This document shows positions 24,749 to 37,640 of a DNA stretch of 64,000 nt, piece after piece. Origin of the DNA: the human T2T-CHM13v2.0 reference genome, Homo sapiens; NCBI RefSeq assembly GCF_009914755.1, contig NC_060936.1; one strand, 5' to 3'. Both the position numbers and the translations under genes were made by a program. Below the pieces are notes generated by a model. The model saw nothing but the letters and a program-made list of their open reading frames with translations. It searched no databases and was not told the origin of the DNA. Each line of letters starts with the position of its first letter. Positions within the stretch are counted from its first letter, which is position 1.

Positions 24749-25549
24749 TGCATTAGTTTTCTAGGACTGCTATATAATATACCACAGACTGCATTGTTAA
24801 AAATAACAGAAATGTATTCTCCCACACTATTGGAGGCTAGAAACCCAAAATCAAGGTGTTGTCAGGGCCATACTCACTCGAAAGCCTCCAAGGGAGGATA
24901 CTTCCTTGCCTTGTCCAGCTTCCAGTAGCTCCACGTATTCCTTTACTTCTGGCAGTACAACTTCAATCTCTGCCTCCATCCTAACATGGACATCTTTATA
25001 GGCCATTTTCCCTGTGTGGATCTGTCCAAATTTCCATCTTCTTATAAGGACAACAGTTTTATTGTATTATGGCCCATCCTGATCATCTGATCTTAACTAG
25101 ATTTCATCTGTAAAAAAGCTATTTCCAAATAAGTTCACATTCACAAAGGTTAGGGCTTCAACATATTATTTTTGAGAAACACTGCTGTTGTCAGAATGTT
25201 TTTTTCCACTCAAAATTTATATGTTGAAATTCTAACCCCCAAGATGGTGATGTTAAGAGGTGGGACCTTTGGGAGGTGATTAGGTCATGAGGGTAGAGCC
25301 ACCATTTACTTCCTTATAAAAGATGTTCAAGGGAGCCATTTGCCCTGGCCACCATGTGATGAAAGTGAGAAGGTGGCATCTATGAACCAGAAAGTGACCC
25401 TCACCAGACATGGAATCTGCCAGTATCTTGATCTTACAATCCCAGCCTCCAGAGCCATGAAAAATAAATTGTTTATTAGCTATCTAGTTTATGGTATTTT
25501 GCTATGGCAGCCCAAAATAACTAAGACAGACACAATTCAATCAATAACA
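24749..25549 (-). mobile_element. MLT1B/C MaLR solo LTR, interrupted
   Basis: tgcattagttttctaggactgct...tcaaggtgttgtcagggcca...caattcaatcaataaca; perfect TSD aaccc. Confidence 0.88.
25183..25528 (+). mobile_element. MLT1A0-like MaLR solo LTR, nested
   Basis: tgctgttgtcagaatgtt...gggacctttgggaggtgattaggtcatgagggtagagcc...ctaagaca; TSD aacac/gacac. Confidence 0.88.
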
Positions 25550-26923
25550 AACCCCAAGCCTCATATACATTAGATTTTTTTAAGAAATTAGCATCCAAGA
25601 TGAACCATAGGTAGATTGGATTAAGCATCAAGTACCCTAGATATAATGGCAGGAAATGTGTCTCTTTCATTTTTCAGATAATGTCATTAGGTAAGAGTAA
25701 TAAGAGGGTATTTGTGTTCAATTTAGTTGTTATAGTTGCTGTTATTTGGGAGAATTCCTATTTCTTCAAGTCAGAATGCTATGAAAATCCATTTTTCCTT
25801 ATGACAAAATGTGAATTATCTCTCAAGATATAGGAGATAATGTCTTAGAAAACCTCCTAGTTTCATATTTCATCCTCTTGTTATATAAATATACTAAATT
25901 TAATAAAGCAGTATTAAAAAAGGAAAAAATACAATAAAGAGGAGCCAGTGTTTGTCACTTAGGAAGAAAATTACGAACACAATAGCTTGGTAATGTCTTA
26001 GAAAATATTTGGATGTTACAATTTAATAAAAGAACTATAAATATCAGTTTGAACTGTAAGTGCCCCATACAATATTATTTCTCAAGAACAATGAAACCTA
26101 ATCTGTCTTCATTTTCATCATACCAAGTATGCTATTGCATACTACTGCTTATATAGTTGGCACAACAGTTGCTTGATTTTTTCAGTAGCAGCATGTTCTG
26201 CAACAGCAATAGCATGGTTGAGTTTTAAATATGGAACAAGTGCAGAATCCAATTTATTAGCATATAATTAAAAATAAACATGTGCCCATAAGATCTAACT
26301 CATGCTAGTACTAGATAAGTAGGGTTCAAACTCTGCATCCTATTTATAAATATAATTTGAACTTAGAAAGCTTAAAATTGCCCTATTTTCTGGCTTCAGG
26401 TGATATGGTCCATGATTTGACACTCTGTCATTCTGTACTGACATTTAGACCACTGGATTTAAATACACAGAATGACAAAGGCATTTTTGCCTTGTTCTTT
26501 CAATTTGAGATAGGATCATTCTGCTGAACAAGTTAAAGCCTTTCATCTACTCGTATTATAGAAAAAAGCTTGATGGCTTAATGGATAAAAGTTCTGACCT
26601 TTTCAAGTCTACATTTTAAGCACTAACTTCTAGTGAAAAGTAATCCACGTTTCAAACAGTTCTCGTCAGTCAACTTGGTTAGAGAAACCCCAAGGAATAG
26701 TTTGGACCTATTTTTCCACATCTTCACTGTGCATATTTACTCCCAAGAATGAAAAGGAACAACCAACATAATAAATGTAGACTTTTGTTAAGCAGGAAGA
26801 CTTCACTGAATAAAGGAAATTGTTTTTCACCAGCGCATAGTCATTATTTTCATCTATGCAAAATAACTTGCAACGCTATTTCATCCTGGGGCAAACTCAC
26901 AGCTGGAGTTGTCTCAAAAGCAG

Positions 26924-27351
26924 TGACAACAGAGTTCCCATAAGGGAATGCCCCAAACTGTGCAGAGATGGGGCTGACTGGGATTTCAGATAACAAAGCA
27001 TTTAAACCCTAAGGTGATCAGTCCAAAGCATTTATTAGGGGAACTTAGTGAAGGGGCAGAAATAATCCTTAGGATGGACAACAAGAGAAAGAGATGATGT
27101 GCAAGAGGGGTTTGGGGTATGGGGTTTATATGAGGGTTTAAGGAATTTTGCTCAGAGCCAGGACTACTTTCTTTTACTGTTATGAGCAACAACATAAATG
27201 TCTATCAGTGCCTAAGAATGTTCAAGGCCCATGCTTGGGTGCAAGCCTGTAGTAAAAAATATGTGGCTGGCTGTGTCACAGAAAAGTAAAGGCATTCTGT
27301 ATTTCTCAGTTAGGACAGAGAAAAAAGCAAAGGAAACTGGGAGATCCTACA
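26924..27351 (-). mobile_element. LTR47-like ERVL solo LTR
   Basis: Minus strand tgtaggatctcccagtttcc...caggcttgcacccaagcatgggccttgaacattc; AATAAA; TG...CA ends. Confidence 0.55.
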
Positions 27352-29184
27352 AGCCCAGTTTCAATAATAAGATAAATTTTAAAGTTGCTTACATATATTT
27401 CTTAGGTTTTTTATTTTTTTAGTTGTGATGATATATCAACCTTCAAGCAAATAAATGATTTAAACCAAAACTTTCAAGCAAAAATTCCACTTTGGTCTCT
27501 TCCTATGGCTAATTCTCTTATACGAAAATTCCCAAAACCCTAAAATAAAAATCTATATGTTGGAGTCAAGCTCAAGCTTCTCAAACATCTCATTTCTTAG
27601 TCTTAGCAACTGCACCTGGACAACACACAGAATGCTGAACTTACTTATTGCCTCTAAACCAAATCTTACTACCTTTTTTCTGAAATGTCTTTGCTTTCTA
27701 TTTTTCATCCATGTTTGCCCAGAAATGCAAGAAGCTTCATCTTAATTTTCACTTTATCCCCTTATATACACATTTAACAAGGGACTAAAGTCTTTCTGTT
27801 TTTTAATTCTTAACATACTTTACAGTCAACCATATCTCTCCATTCCCACTGCCATTGGTTTTGTTGTATCCCTTAGGTCCCATAAATCTCTTTCCTCTTG
27901 TTTCCATCTTTCAGATCTTACAAGTCAAGCCAGACCAACCAATTTTTAATTTCTGATCCCAAAGTATTTAACTGTTTCTTTCCTTGCCTAGAAACTCTTT
28001 TAGTGTTTGTGGCAAATATTCTAGACTCAGATAAAATAAATGATACCCTTTCTGATGTTTCCCCTCTTTTTCACAAATAAAGTTAATAAATACATATAGA
28101 GAAAATATTTTAAAATGCTTAAAATTAATGTACTTGTATTAACCTCTTTCATAACAGAAATGGAAGAACCTATGATTCAGAGTTGAGAGCAAATCAATTC
28201 CATGACTTCACCGGAGTGTCACAGGTTGGGTTGGATTTACCAATGGAAGACTTAGTTGAGACTGTGGAAGTTTAACAAGAAATATTTTCAACAACAATTA
28301 GATATTGAGCAATAATTAGGTACAATTTAGTTGCTTCCTTTGGATTATTTGCCTAAAGGATGGAGTAAATAGACCTCGAATAAATTTTTTAAATGCCAAA
28401 TGTGGAAACGTAACTCTTCACTTGTCATTTCACAAGGATATTGAAGCTCATTTTTTTTTATCAACCCCTCTGTTTTCAAACTGGAGATACTATTTTTTTT
28501 TCTGATAGACAAAAGAAATTGACTTTAGCTTAAATTTTTGTAAGCCACAAAATCTAGAGCTTGATATTTATGTTTCTCTCACTAGTTTTTAAAACACAAT
28601 AAGAATGTAAAAACCAAAACCTTTCATTCGCTTTTTGACATCTAGCATTGTACAGCTCTAATAAAATTTAATAATATTTTTCAATACATGTCATTTCCTA
28701 TGAATTTCTGAAGTATTCTGTTTTCTATGTGATGTGTTGAATGAAGATTTAATTTCCTCTGCAGGCATATTATTCTTAGTGTAACAAAGGACAGCTTTAA
28801 TTTTGTCTTTTCATAAGAATTTCTCAAAATGTATTCACATTCTAATTGATTGGATAGAAACTTAATAGTTGGTAAATTACAACATTTCTAGGATAATATA
28901 TAATTGAGAGAAACCAATATAATTCAACAAATATTTATTGAATGCTCTTTGTAAATTCTGAGATTTCAAGCAACTTGAGAGAGACAAATAATGCACATAA
29001 GTAACTGACTCAGGAGCATATGAAGTTTTTCTCTTTGATATTTTTTAAATAACTTGCGCATACTGTGAGAAGTGTCATCATATAGGCCTAGAATTAAATA
29101 TAGTATGTACTGAGAATTTCTGTCAGGCACTTAGCTAAATATTTTATGTGTTATTTTAATTATTATATTACATAAAAAAAAGGA

Positions 29185-29658
29185 TTCATGACTTTTCACA
29201 AGAACGTAGGTTTTGACCAATAGGAGTTTTATTCCTTGGCACAAGTAAGGACAGTAAGAGTCATCTCCAAAGCAGTGTCTCCCCAAAGGAAAGTGATGGG
29301 AGAGTTTTATGGGATGATGGAGAGGGGAGAGGCTGCATCACTGCATATAGAAGATGGGTCCCAATTGTGCAGACACAGTGAGTCATTATGCCAGCACATA
29401 GGTCATATGTTATGGTAATGAAGCTATAGCTCCTCCCATGGTGGAGGTGTTAGCATGATAATGAGGAAAGTTCACTTGGGTTCATCTGTAAGTTGCAGGG
29501 GGTCTGTCAGAAGCTAGTTCCAACCAACAAGATGACTACATTCCACACTGTTTGGGGAAAGATCAGGATGGATGTATGGCAGGAGGTTGTAAAACAGACT
29601 GATTGCTCAAGTTGACTAAATTTCTATAATCCCTGTAGACCCTCCCTGTCTGCTTATA
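29185..29658 (-). mobile_element. ERV1-type LTR, family uncertain, inserted in a MIR (~29100-29780)
   Basis: Plus strand ttttatt (poly-A signal on minus), gtctccccaaag, ttttatgg, ctcctcccatggtggag; MIR halves on both sides. Confidence 0.55.
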
Positions 29659-29992
29659 CTTTCAGAAGCTGTGATTACTCACTTTATAAATCAAGAATTT
29701 GAGGCATAAGAAGGATGACTAATTAAAGTCATATTGCTGAATTTTAATTCAGGCTTCTTTGATTTTAAATCCATATTTAACATTGAAATATAAATAGAAA
29801 TGTACATATTTTGTGGGTCAGGACTGTCTTAATAAAGGACAATATAAGCCATAAATAATAATAAAGTGTTTTTCAATTAAATTTGGAATGGGAAGAGAAG
29901 TTGGTAGGCAAGGATGAGTAAAGAGGAGAGAGGATATTCTAGGCAAAACATTTGATATTTGTTGATAGCTGAGGTTTCCAATAGAATACTTT

Positions 29993-30493
29993 TGAAAGAG
30001 AGGAAAACATAATTTTCTCTCTCCTCTTTTAAGTTCTCACTGGGGCCACTGTAACAAAAGACAGATTAACAAGAGAAAAATAGAAGTTTGTTAGCATGTA
30101 TATCTCATACACATGGAAAATACACAGAAAAATAATTCTTAAAGAGGTGGTTTAGATTCTGGCCAGAATATCATTCCAGCTAAAAACAAAAAAGAAGAGT
30201 ATGCCAGAGGCAAGTTATGGGGGTGATCAGGAAAAAACATGATGTTTTATGCAGATTTAAGTGGTTTTCTTCTTTATTGATGAGTCTTTTGTGAGTAGAG
30301 TCATTCTTCTATTCCTAGTATAGAGAGGGAGACAGTCTTATGAATGGAGATTTTCTTTATAAATTTCTGTTACAAAGGGTAACTTCTTTCTTCAGAGCTT
30401 CTGTCATATCTGCTCTTCCTCAAAATAATTAGTTCAAAATAATCCTTCGGCCAAAGAAGCATATTTTGTGGTCACATATTCTGGTCTCCTACA
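29993..30493 (-). mobile_element. MER34-family ERV1 solo LTR
   Basis: gtaacaaaagacagattaacaagagaaaa...aaaataatcctt..gccaaagaagcatatttt...ggtctcctaca. Confidence 0.75.
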
Positions 30494-30739
30494 TTTTGAA
30501 CAGAATACATATGTAAACATGGGAAGTCAAGCAGAAGACAAACCATGTGGGCCTCTATACCATGCTGTGGAGTGTAAACTGTATCTTTCCATGACCAGCA
30601 AGTCTTAGCAAATTTACCAAGTTAAGTGATTGAATTTAAATTTTACAAAGACAACTTTGACAACAATGTGAAACAATGTAAACAATGTAATGATGAGAGG
30701 GGACAAGAATAGATCTTAAAAATTTTGAAAATCCTCTAT

Positions 30740-31594
30740 TGTAAACCAAACTAAAATTCTAAGTCCCCCAACTGAATGAATGGATGCTTCTCTCTGCCAA
30801 GAGCATTCCAGAGTAAATATGAAAAATTAGTTCAGGCCATGATGGGAGGTAGGGATCAGACATGACTCATTGCATCCTCCTCCCTTTGGAAATCAGGCAC
30901 AACTGAGTAGCATTAATATCAGTACAGAGATCATAAGACTGACAAAACAGACTGTAGCAATAAAATACCAAATTTCAACCTACCTCTAGTACAGCATCAC
31001 ATGGCAGATAGCAGGCCCTGAAAGAAATCAAAGTATTTTACCCCCAAATATATTCCTTTGACATATTTTGAAATGGCCCTGAAAAGCTGTTTCTAATGGA
31101 GAAAATTTACATTCTATATAGAATCCCCTCCCTTTCAGAAGTATTTTCCTAATCCAAGAGAGATTTAACTTAGAGTCTAGTACCTTTTAAGGCCTGATAA
31201 GAGACATTTACCATCTGTTCTATATAGTAAAAACCTTGGTCTCCACAACCCCTTAACTTAACCCAGACACTACTTTCTAATGATTCTTTGTCTTTGGATA
31301 ATGACTTAACAATTTCAAACAATTGCCAATCAGAAAATCTTTGAATCCACCTTTGACCTGTAAGACCCTACTTTGAGTTGTCCCACCTTTATGAACTGAA
31401 CCAATGCATGCTTTACATCTATTGACTGGTGTCTTATGTCTCTCTAGAATGTAAAAAATCAAGCTGTAATTCAATCAGCTTAAGCACATGTTCTCAAGAC
31501 CTCCTGGGGCTGTGTTACAAGCCTTGATCACTCATATTTGGCTCAGTAGAAATCTCTTTAAATATTTTACGGAGCTTGACTCTTTTCATCGACA
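30740..31594 (+). mobile_element. MER4 (D/E-like) ERV1 solo LTR
   Basis: tgtaaaccaaactaaaattctaagtcccccaac...cactcatatttggctcag...aaatattttacggagcttgactcttttcatcgaca. Confidence 0.9.
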
Positions 31595-31595
31595 C

Positions 31596-32277
31596 TGCTG
31601 GGGCTCAGGAAACAATACCGCAAAATGAAGGCCTTAGCAGCAGCATCAGAAGCAAGATTTTTCCTTGCCTTCTCCTGCCCTCCTGTCTTTCAGTTCCATT
31701 TTCCCTTTAGGCTAGGCGTAGAAACTAGAATCCCTCTTCCCCAAGGCAGGTCATAAAAATGAGCATCTCTCTTCTCCAAAGCCAGCCATAAGACCTAAAA
31801 TTATTACTCTAATTTTCCTCTGGCCAATCTATATAAAAACTGGCCACAAAGAAATTATCAGATCTACCTTGCTTGACTGTAAGTCATGAGACTCCTATTC
31901 TAGAGAGGGCCCTGCCTTTCACCCACAAAGAAGGAATGCATGCTCAGAGAAGCCAAGAGGAAATTAGACAGTCTTTGTTAAGTTTCCTAACTCAAGTCTA
32001 TTATCATTAGAAAATACCCTTTTGTCCAATCATATTTCTACCTAGCTGTCTATACTGTGTTCAACCTAAACATAAAAATGGACAATTTCTCCTGTATCTT
32101 TGGGTCTTCATTCTGAAGGCTCCTGTGTACACAAGTTAAATAAATGTGTATACAAGTTAAATAAATATGTATACACGTTAAATAAATGTGTATGCCTTAT
32201 CTTCTATTAATCAACCTCCCTCATGACAGTGACTTTTCCAGCAAGCCTTTAGGGGGATGAGGGCCCTGTCCCCTACA
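31596..32277 (+). mobile_element. MER39 ERV1 solo LTR
   Basis: tgctggggctcaggaaacaataccgcaaaatgaaggcc...aaagaaattatc...ctttgggtcttcattctgaaggctcc...cccctaca. Confidence 0.88.
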
Positions 32278-32429
32278 TTTCATACATTACTCATTCAAAT
32301 GTATCTATACAATATTTAGCATCAGGCCTCATGATAGGAGTTGGGTTTAGAGGGTTAAACAGACAAGATCCTCGTTCTCATGTGGCTTAAGGTCTAGTAA
32401 GTGTAGATGAGCAGATATTATAATTAAAA

Positions 32430-32499
32430 AAACAAATTAAAATACAAAATATTATATATTATATAAACAAATTAAAATACAAAATATTACATATTATAT
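32430..32499. repeat. 35-bp AT-rich tandem duplication
   Basis: aaacaaattaaaatacaaaatatta(t/c)atattatat x2. Confidence 0.9.
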
Positions 32500-32632
32500 T
32501 ATAATTAAAAAAATACAAAAAAAAACCCACAATAAATAAGGATAACTTAAGTAGCAAAGGAAAAGCAAAGGAGTGAAAAAACATTTCTTGTTTTAGGTTA
32601 GTTAGACATCTTACTCTATACTTATTGTGTTT

Positions 32633-33042
32633 TGTAGGGGCCAAGGGAATACTTCCCTTTCATTCTCTGAAGGTTTGTTGAAAATTAACTGACAAATGAC
32701 ATATCAATAGGAAAAAGGCATACACATTTATTAATGTGGATGAGGGAGAACCACAGAGACTACCACAATCCTTCAATGGGATACAAAAGCTCATATATCA
32801 TCTTGAGTTTACAAAAAGAATAGGGGCTCAAAGCATGGCCCAAACCAGGTTACAGTCAGTAAATGAGGTTACAATGGCAAAACAGGTTATCAGAGAGAGA
32901 CAAGAGGAGGTCTGACTGCAAATTCCCCCTCACCCCCACAAAACACAGCTTTACAGGGCTATTTCTGTTTGCAGAACTCAACAGCCATCTCAAAATATGT
33001 CAAAGAAGTATATTTGGGGTAAAATATTTTGACTTCCTTCCA
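32633..33042 (-). mobile_element. ERV1 LTR, LTR29/LTR48/MER34C group
   Basis: tgtaggggccaagggaatacttccc...aaaggcatacacatttattaa...caaaatatgtcaaagaagtatatttggggtaaaatattttg. Confidence 0.7.
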
Positions 33043-33180
33043 CTTCTTTACATAGGTACCTCTTTCTCTCATATTTATATATTTTTTCTGGTGTTTTCCT
33101 TTGTTCCTATGTTTTCCTTCTTCTTTAACACCCTTACTACCACTTTATCTCCCTTTTTAAGGTAAAAATTTCCTAACTGG

Positions 33181-33587
33181 TGTTAAACAAAGTTTATCTT
33201 AAAGCTGCTTGCTTACATATTTTACGTTCAGCCTAATGGATTCTCCATGCTTAGTGACTGTAACCTAACTGGATGTGTAAACAGACTGTAACCTACTTTT
33301 GTACTAGTCACAGAGTTTTGGCCAATCACAGGTAGCCATCTATTCAAACCATGATCAAATATGAGAAATGCCAAGCTGTAACCAATGCAGATGTTTCCGT
33401 TCCACATTTGATGTTCTGTATGTTACCTTCCTTTTCCTGTCCATGAAGATTATCCCACCATGTGGCATCCCCAGAGTCACTCTGCACCTATTCTGGCTTG
33501 CAGGGCTGCAGATTCATGAATCATTCTTAATTGAATTCTGTTCACTTTGTCCAAAAGTTGTTTTGTTGTTGTTGTTGTTTTTAAACA
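33181..33587 (+). mobile_element. MER57 ERV1 solo LTR
   Basis: tgttaaacaaagtttatcttaaagctgc...ctgtaacctaactggatgtgtaaacagactgtaacctac...ggccaatcaca...ttaaaca. Confidence 0.85.
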
Positions 33588-33589
33588 GG

Positions 33590-34560
33590 TTTTTCTAATG
33601 TTTTGTTTCTTTGGGCACCTCAGTTGTAAATATGTTGGAAATCCTTGGCCTATCATACATTTCTAACACTTTCTGAGAGTCTCAATTTATTTTTTCTTAT
33701 TTTCATTCTCTTTATTCTTTTCCTGTCTTTAATTCCTCTAGTTAAAATATTCTGTTAAATGTATTATCTCCTGAGCCCCTTGTGATTCAGTCTTTCTTAA
33801 TAATGTGATTTTATTAGTTTCTTTCTTTCATGAGTGTAATCAGCTTAGTTTTTGAATTTCTGATTCAATTGTTTTCATGTTTCTAAATGTTTGTGTTGGA
33901 GAATATTTAATTTAGTTTGAAGTGTTGAGTTACTTTTTTATTCTACTGAGTCTGTTTTGCGGGGATGTTTTTTGGAAGTGGTAGGGGAACATTTTTATAT
34001 TTTGATTACCATTTTTAGCTTTTTGTAGAGCTGCTTTGTATAGATGCAGATTTCTTTCCTTTATTAATGTTCTTGATGAAGATGAGGGTTTTCATGGCTT
34101 CCAAGAATCCTATTACAAGAATATCTTTTTCTCCTAGTATGGTGACAAGGAATTTCAATAATAACTGAATTTTTTTTTTTGACAGTTAAGAATGGTGCTG
34201 ATGTGCCTTGCATTTTGGGGTTTTACAGTTTTGTTCTTCAGAATCCACACATTTCTTCCTTTTATCTTTCTTTTTCTTCATTTCACCTCCAGAAGTGTCT
34301 CATTCTTTCTATTTACCTCTTCCTTCCCCAGAACTGACACTGTCCTGAGACTGAAATCTCTGATCTCAATGCTTTCAAGTACTTTCTCTGTAGCCAGTGG
34401 GAGACTCCTTTGTTTTTACTTTTCACCTTTCTTCCTACATCTAGTGTTGAACCTGTTTTTCAATGAAAATTTTTTCAACTCTTTTTATGGTGATTTTATC
34501 TGTCATCTTCCTTCTCCAAGCCTTTCACTTTCCTCTCTTGTTTTCCACAGTTTCTTTAGA
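33590..34560 (-). mobile_element. Very old L1M/HAL1-like 5' region remnant
   Basis: T-rich strand bias and ttctttgggcacctcagttgtaaatatgttgga motif; similar remnants at ~38380-39150. Confidence 0.35.
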
Positions 34561-34567
34561 TTCCAGT

Positions 34568-36838
34568 TGATAGGGTTTGGCTCTGTGTCCCCACCCAAAT
34601 CTCATCTTGTAGTTCCCATAATTCCCATGTGCTGTGGGAGGAATCTGATGGAAGATAATTGAGTCATGCGGGCAGTTTTCCTCATACTGTTCTCAAGATA
34701 GTGAATAAGTCTCATGAGATCTGATGGTTTTATAAGGGGTTTCCACTTTTGCTTCTCTCTCATTTTCTCTGGCTGCTGCCATGTTAAGAAGTGGCTTTTG
34801 CCTTCCACAATAATTTTGAGGCCTTCCCAACCATGTGGAACTGTAAGTCCATTAAACCTGTTTTTCTTCCCAGTCTTGGGTATGTCTTTATCAGCAGTGT
34901 GAAAATGAACTAATACAGTAAATTGGTACCAGTAGAGTGGGGTGCTACTGAAAATATACCTGAAAATGTGGAAGCAACTTTGGAACTGAGTAACAGGCAG
35001 AGCTTCGAACAGTTTGGAGGGCTCAGAAGAAGACAGGAAAATGTAGGAAAGTTTGGAACTTCCTAGAAACTTGTTGAATGACTTTGCCCAAAATGATGAT
35101 AATGATATGGAGAATGAAATCTAGGCTTAGGTGGTCTCAGATGGAGATGAGGAACTTGCTGGGAACCGGAGCAAAGGTGACTCTTGCTATGTTTTAGCCA
35201 AGAGACTGGCAGCATTTTGCTCCTGCCCTAGAGATTTGTGGAACTTTGAACTTGAGAGAGATGATTTAGGGTATCTGGTGGAAGAAATTTCTAAGGAGCA
35301 AAGCATTCAAGAGGTGACTTGGGTGCTGTTAAAGGCATTCAATTTTATAAGGGAAGCAGAGCATAAAAGTTCAGAAAATTTGCAGCCTGACAATGTGATA
35401 GAAAAGAAAATCCCATTTTCTGAGGAGAAATTCAAGGTGGCTGCAGAAATTTGCATAAGTAATGAGGAGCTGAATGTTAATCCCCAAGACAGGGGGAAAA
35501 TGTCTCCAGGGGACATCAGAGGTCTTCATGGCAGCCCCTCACATCACAGGCCTAGAGGCCTAGGAGAAAAAGTGGTTTTGTGGTCCCAGCCCAGGATTCC
35601 TGTGCTATGTGCAGCCCAGGGACTTGGTGCCCTGCATCTTAGCTGCTCCAGCCTAGGTTAAAAGGGGCCAAAGTAGAGCTTGGGCTGTGGCTTCAGAGGG
35701 TGCAAGCCCCAAGCCTTGGAAGCTTCCATGTGGTGTTGAGCGTGCAAGTGCACTGAAGTCAAGAATTAGGATTGGGAACCTCTGCCTAGATTTCAGGTGT
35801 ATGGAAATGCCTGGATGATCAGGCAGAAGTTTGCTGCAGAGGCAGGGCCCTCATGGAGAACCTCTGCTAGGGCAGTGGGGAAGGGAAATGTGGGGTCAGA
35901 GCTCCCATACAGAATCCCTACTGGGGTACCACTTAGTGTAGCTGTGAAAAGAGGGCCACCATCCTCCAGACCCCAGAATGATGGATCCACTGACAGCTTG
36001 CACCGTGCTCCAGGAAAAGCCACAGACACTCAACACTAACCCATAGAAGCAGCAGAGAGGGAGGCTGTACCCTGCAAAGTCACATACGCAAAGCTGCCCA
36101 AGACCATGGGAACCCACCTCGTGCACCAGCGTGACCTGGATGAAAGATATGGAGTCAAAGTAGATTATTTTGGAAATTTAAGATTTGACTGCCCTGCTGG
36201 ATTTTGGACTTGCCTGGGTCCTGTGGCCCCTTTGATTTGTCCAATTTCTCCCATTTGGAATGGCTGTATTTACCCACTGCCTGTACCTGCATGGTATCTA
36301 GGAAATAACTAACTTGCTTTTTATTTTACATGCTCATAGGCAGAAGGGATTTGCCTTGTCTCAGATGAGACTTTGGACTATGGACTTTTGAATTAATGCT
36401 GAAATGAGTTAAGACTTTGGGGTACTGTTGGGAAGGCATGATTGGTCTTCAAATATGAGGACATGAGATTTGGGAGGGACCAGGAGCAGAATAATATGGT
36501 TTGGCTGTGTCCCCACCCAAATCTCACCTCATAGCTTCCATAATTCCCAAGTGTTGTGGGAGGAACCTGGTGGGAGATAATTGAATCATGGGGGCAATTT
36601 TCCCCATATTGTTCTCATGGTAGTGAATAAGTCTCATGAGATCTGATGGTTTTATAAGGGGTTTCTGCTTTTGCGTCTCTCTCATTCTCTCTTGCTACTG
36701 CCATGTAAGAAATGCCTTTTGCCTTCTGGCATGATTGTGAGGCCTCCCCAGCCACATGAAACTGTAAGTTCATTAAACCTATTTTTCTTCCCAGTCTTGG
36801 GTATGTCTTTATCAGCAGCATAAAAATGGACTAATACA
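34568..36838 (+). mobile_element. Full-length THE1B-like MaLR provirus: LTRs 34568-34917 and 36492-36838
   Basis: Two ~350-bp LTRs and a ~1.57-kb internal region; ORF remnant GDEELAGNRSKGDSCYVLAKRLAAFC...LWNFELERDDLGYL (35131-35661). Confidence 0.97.
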
Positions 36839-37267
36839 CCCCTCTAATCCTAAATACATGAGTTTGTGAAGGTGGCAATGAGGGTGAAAAACATCTGTTG
36901 GAATTTGGTTATTTTTTTTCTCCTCTTAGTGCAATTTTGAATTGTGTAGTAGTCTCTTTCTTAGTAGTGATGAAACTAGTTTTTTATTATTTTAATTTTT
37001 GTTGTGCTCATTTTTTGGCATGTGTAAACTTTTGGAGGATGTGTAAAGTTTAGGATGATACTATTTTTATAAAGCAAATTGGAATATGTACAATTCAAGT
37101 TTTTTTACCCTTTAATTAAATTTTAAAAAGATATATCTTCCACTTGTTTAGTTTGCATTAAAATTTGGATGTTGCAACTTTTTCTCTACTGCTTCAATTA
37201 TTATATATGGCATATAGTTATGACTTTACTTATGCCTGTCTTTGTTTTTAACTTATTTATTTGTTGT

Positions 37268-37640
37268 CTTTATTGAAATAAAAATATATACAACAAAGTG
37301 CTCATATAAGTGTCCAGCGCTCTGGATTTTTCCAAAATGAACACCCCACAGTACAAGAAAATGAAGACCATTACCACTGTGCCAAAAGCCCCTTTGTTCT
37401 TATTTCAAGTCTCATACTCTTCCTAAAGAAAACTAGTCTCTTGACTTCTAATAGCTTATATTACTTTTGCCTGTTTTTCTCTAATTTTATGCACTACTTT
37501 TTCTAGTTACCTTATGTTACATTGTATTACATTAGTGAAATGAGTACACATTGTTTTATGTGGTTCATTTGTCATCCTGTATAGTATTCTATTTTGTGTA
37601 GATACAATTCATTTTTCCATTCAACAGTTGATGAGCAATG
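37268..37640 (-). mobile_element. Old L1 (L1ME/MC) 3' end
   Basis: tttattgaaata...aaagtgc...cattacca...ttttgcctgtttt...ccattcaacagttgatgagca. Confidence 0.65.

Noticed and set aside
34192-34662. 156-aa hydrophobic F/S/L-rich ORF
   Set aside because: Product of T-rich antisense old-L1-like sequence running into the THE1 LTR.
35131-35661. 176-aa THE1 internal ORF (and 12836-13357) as a domesticated gene
   Set aside because: Fragments of the standard THE1-int ORF with upstream stops and frameshifts; no sign of preservation.
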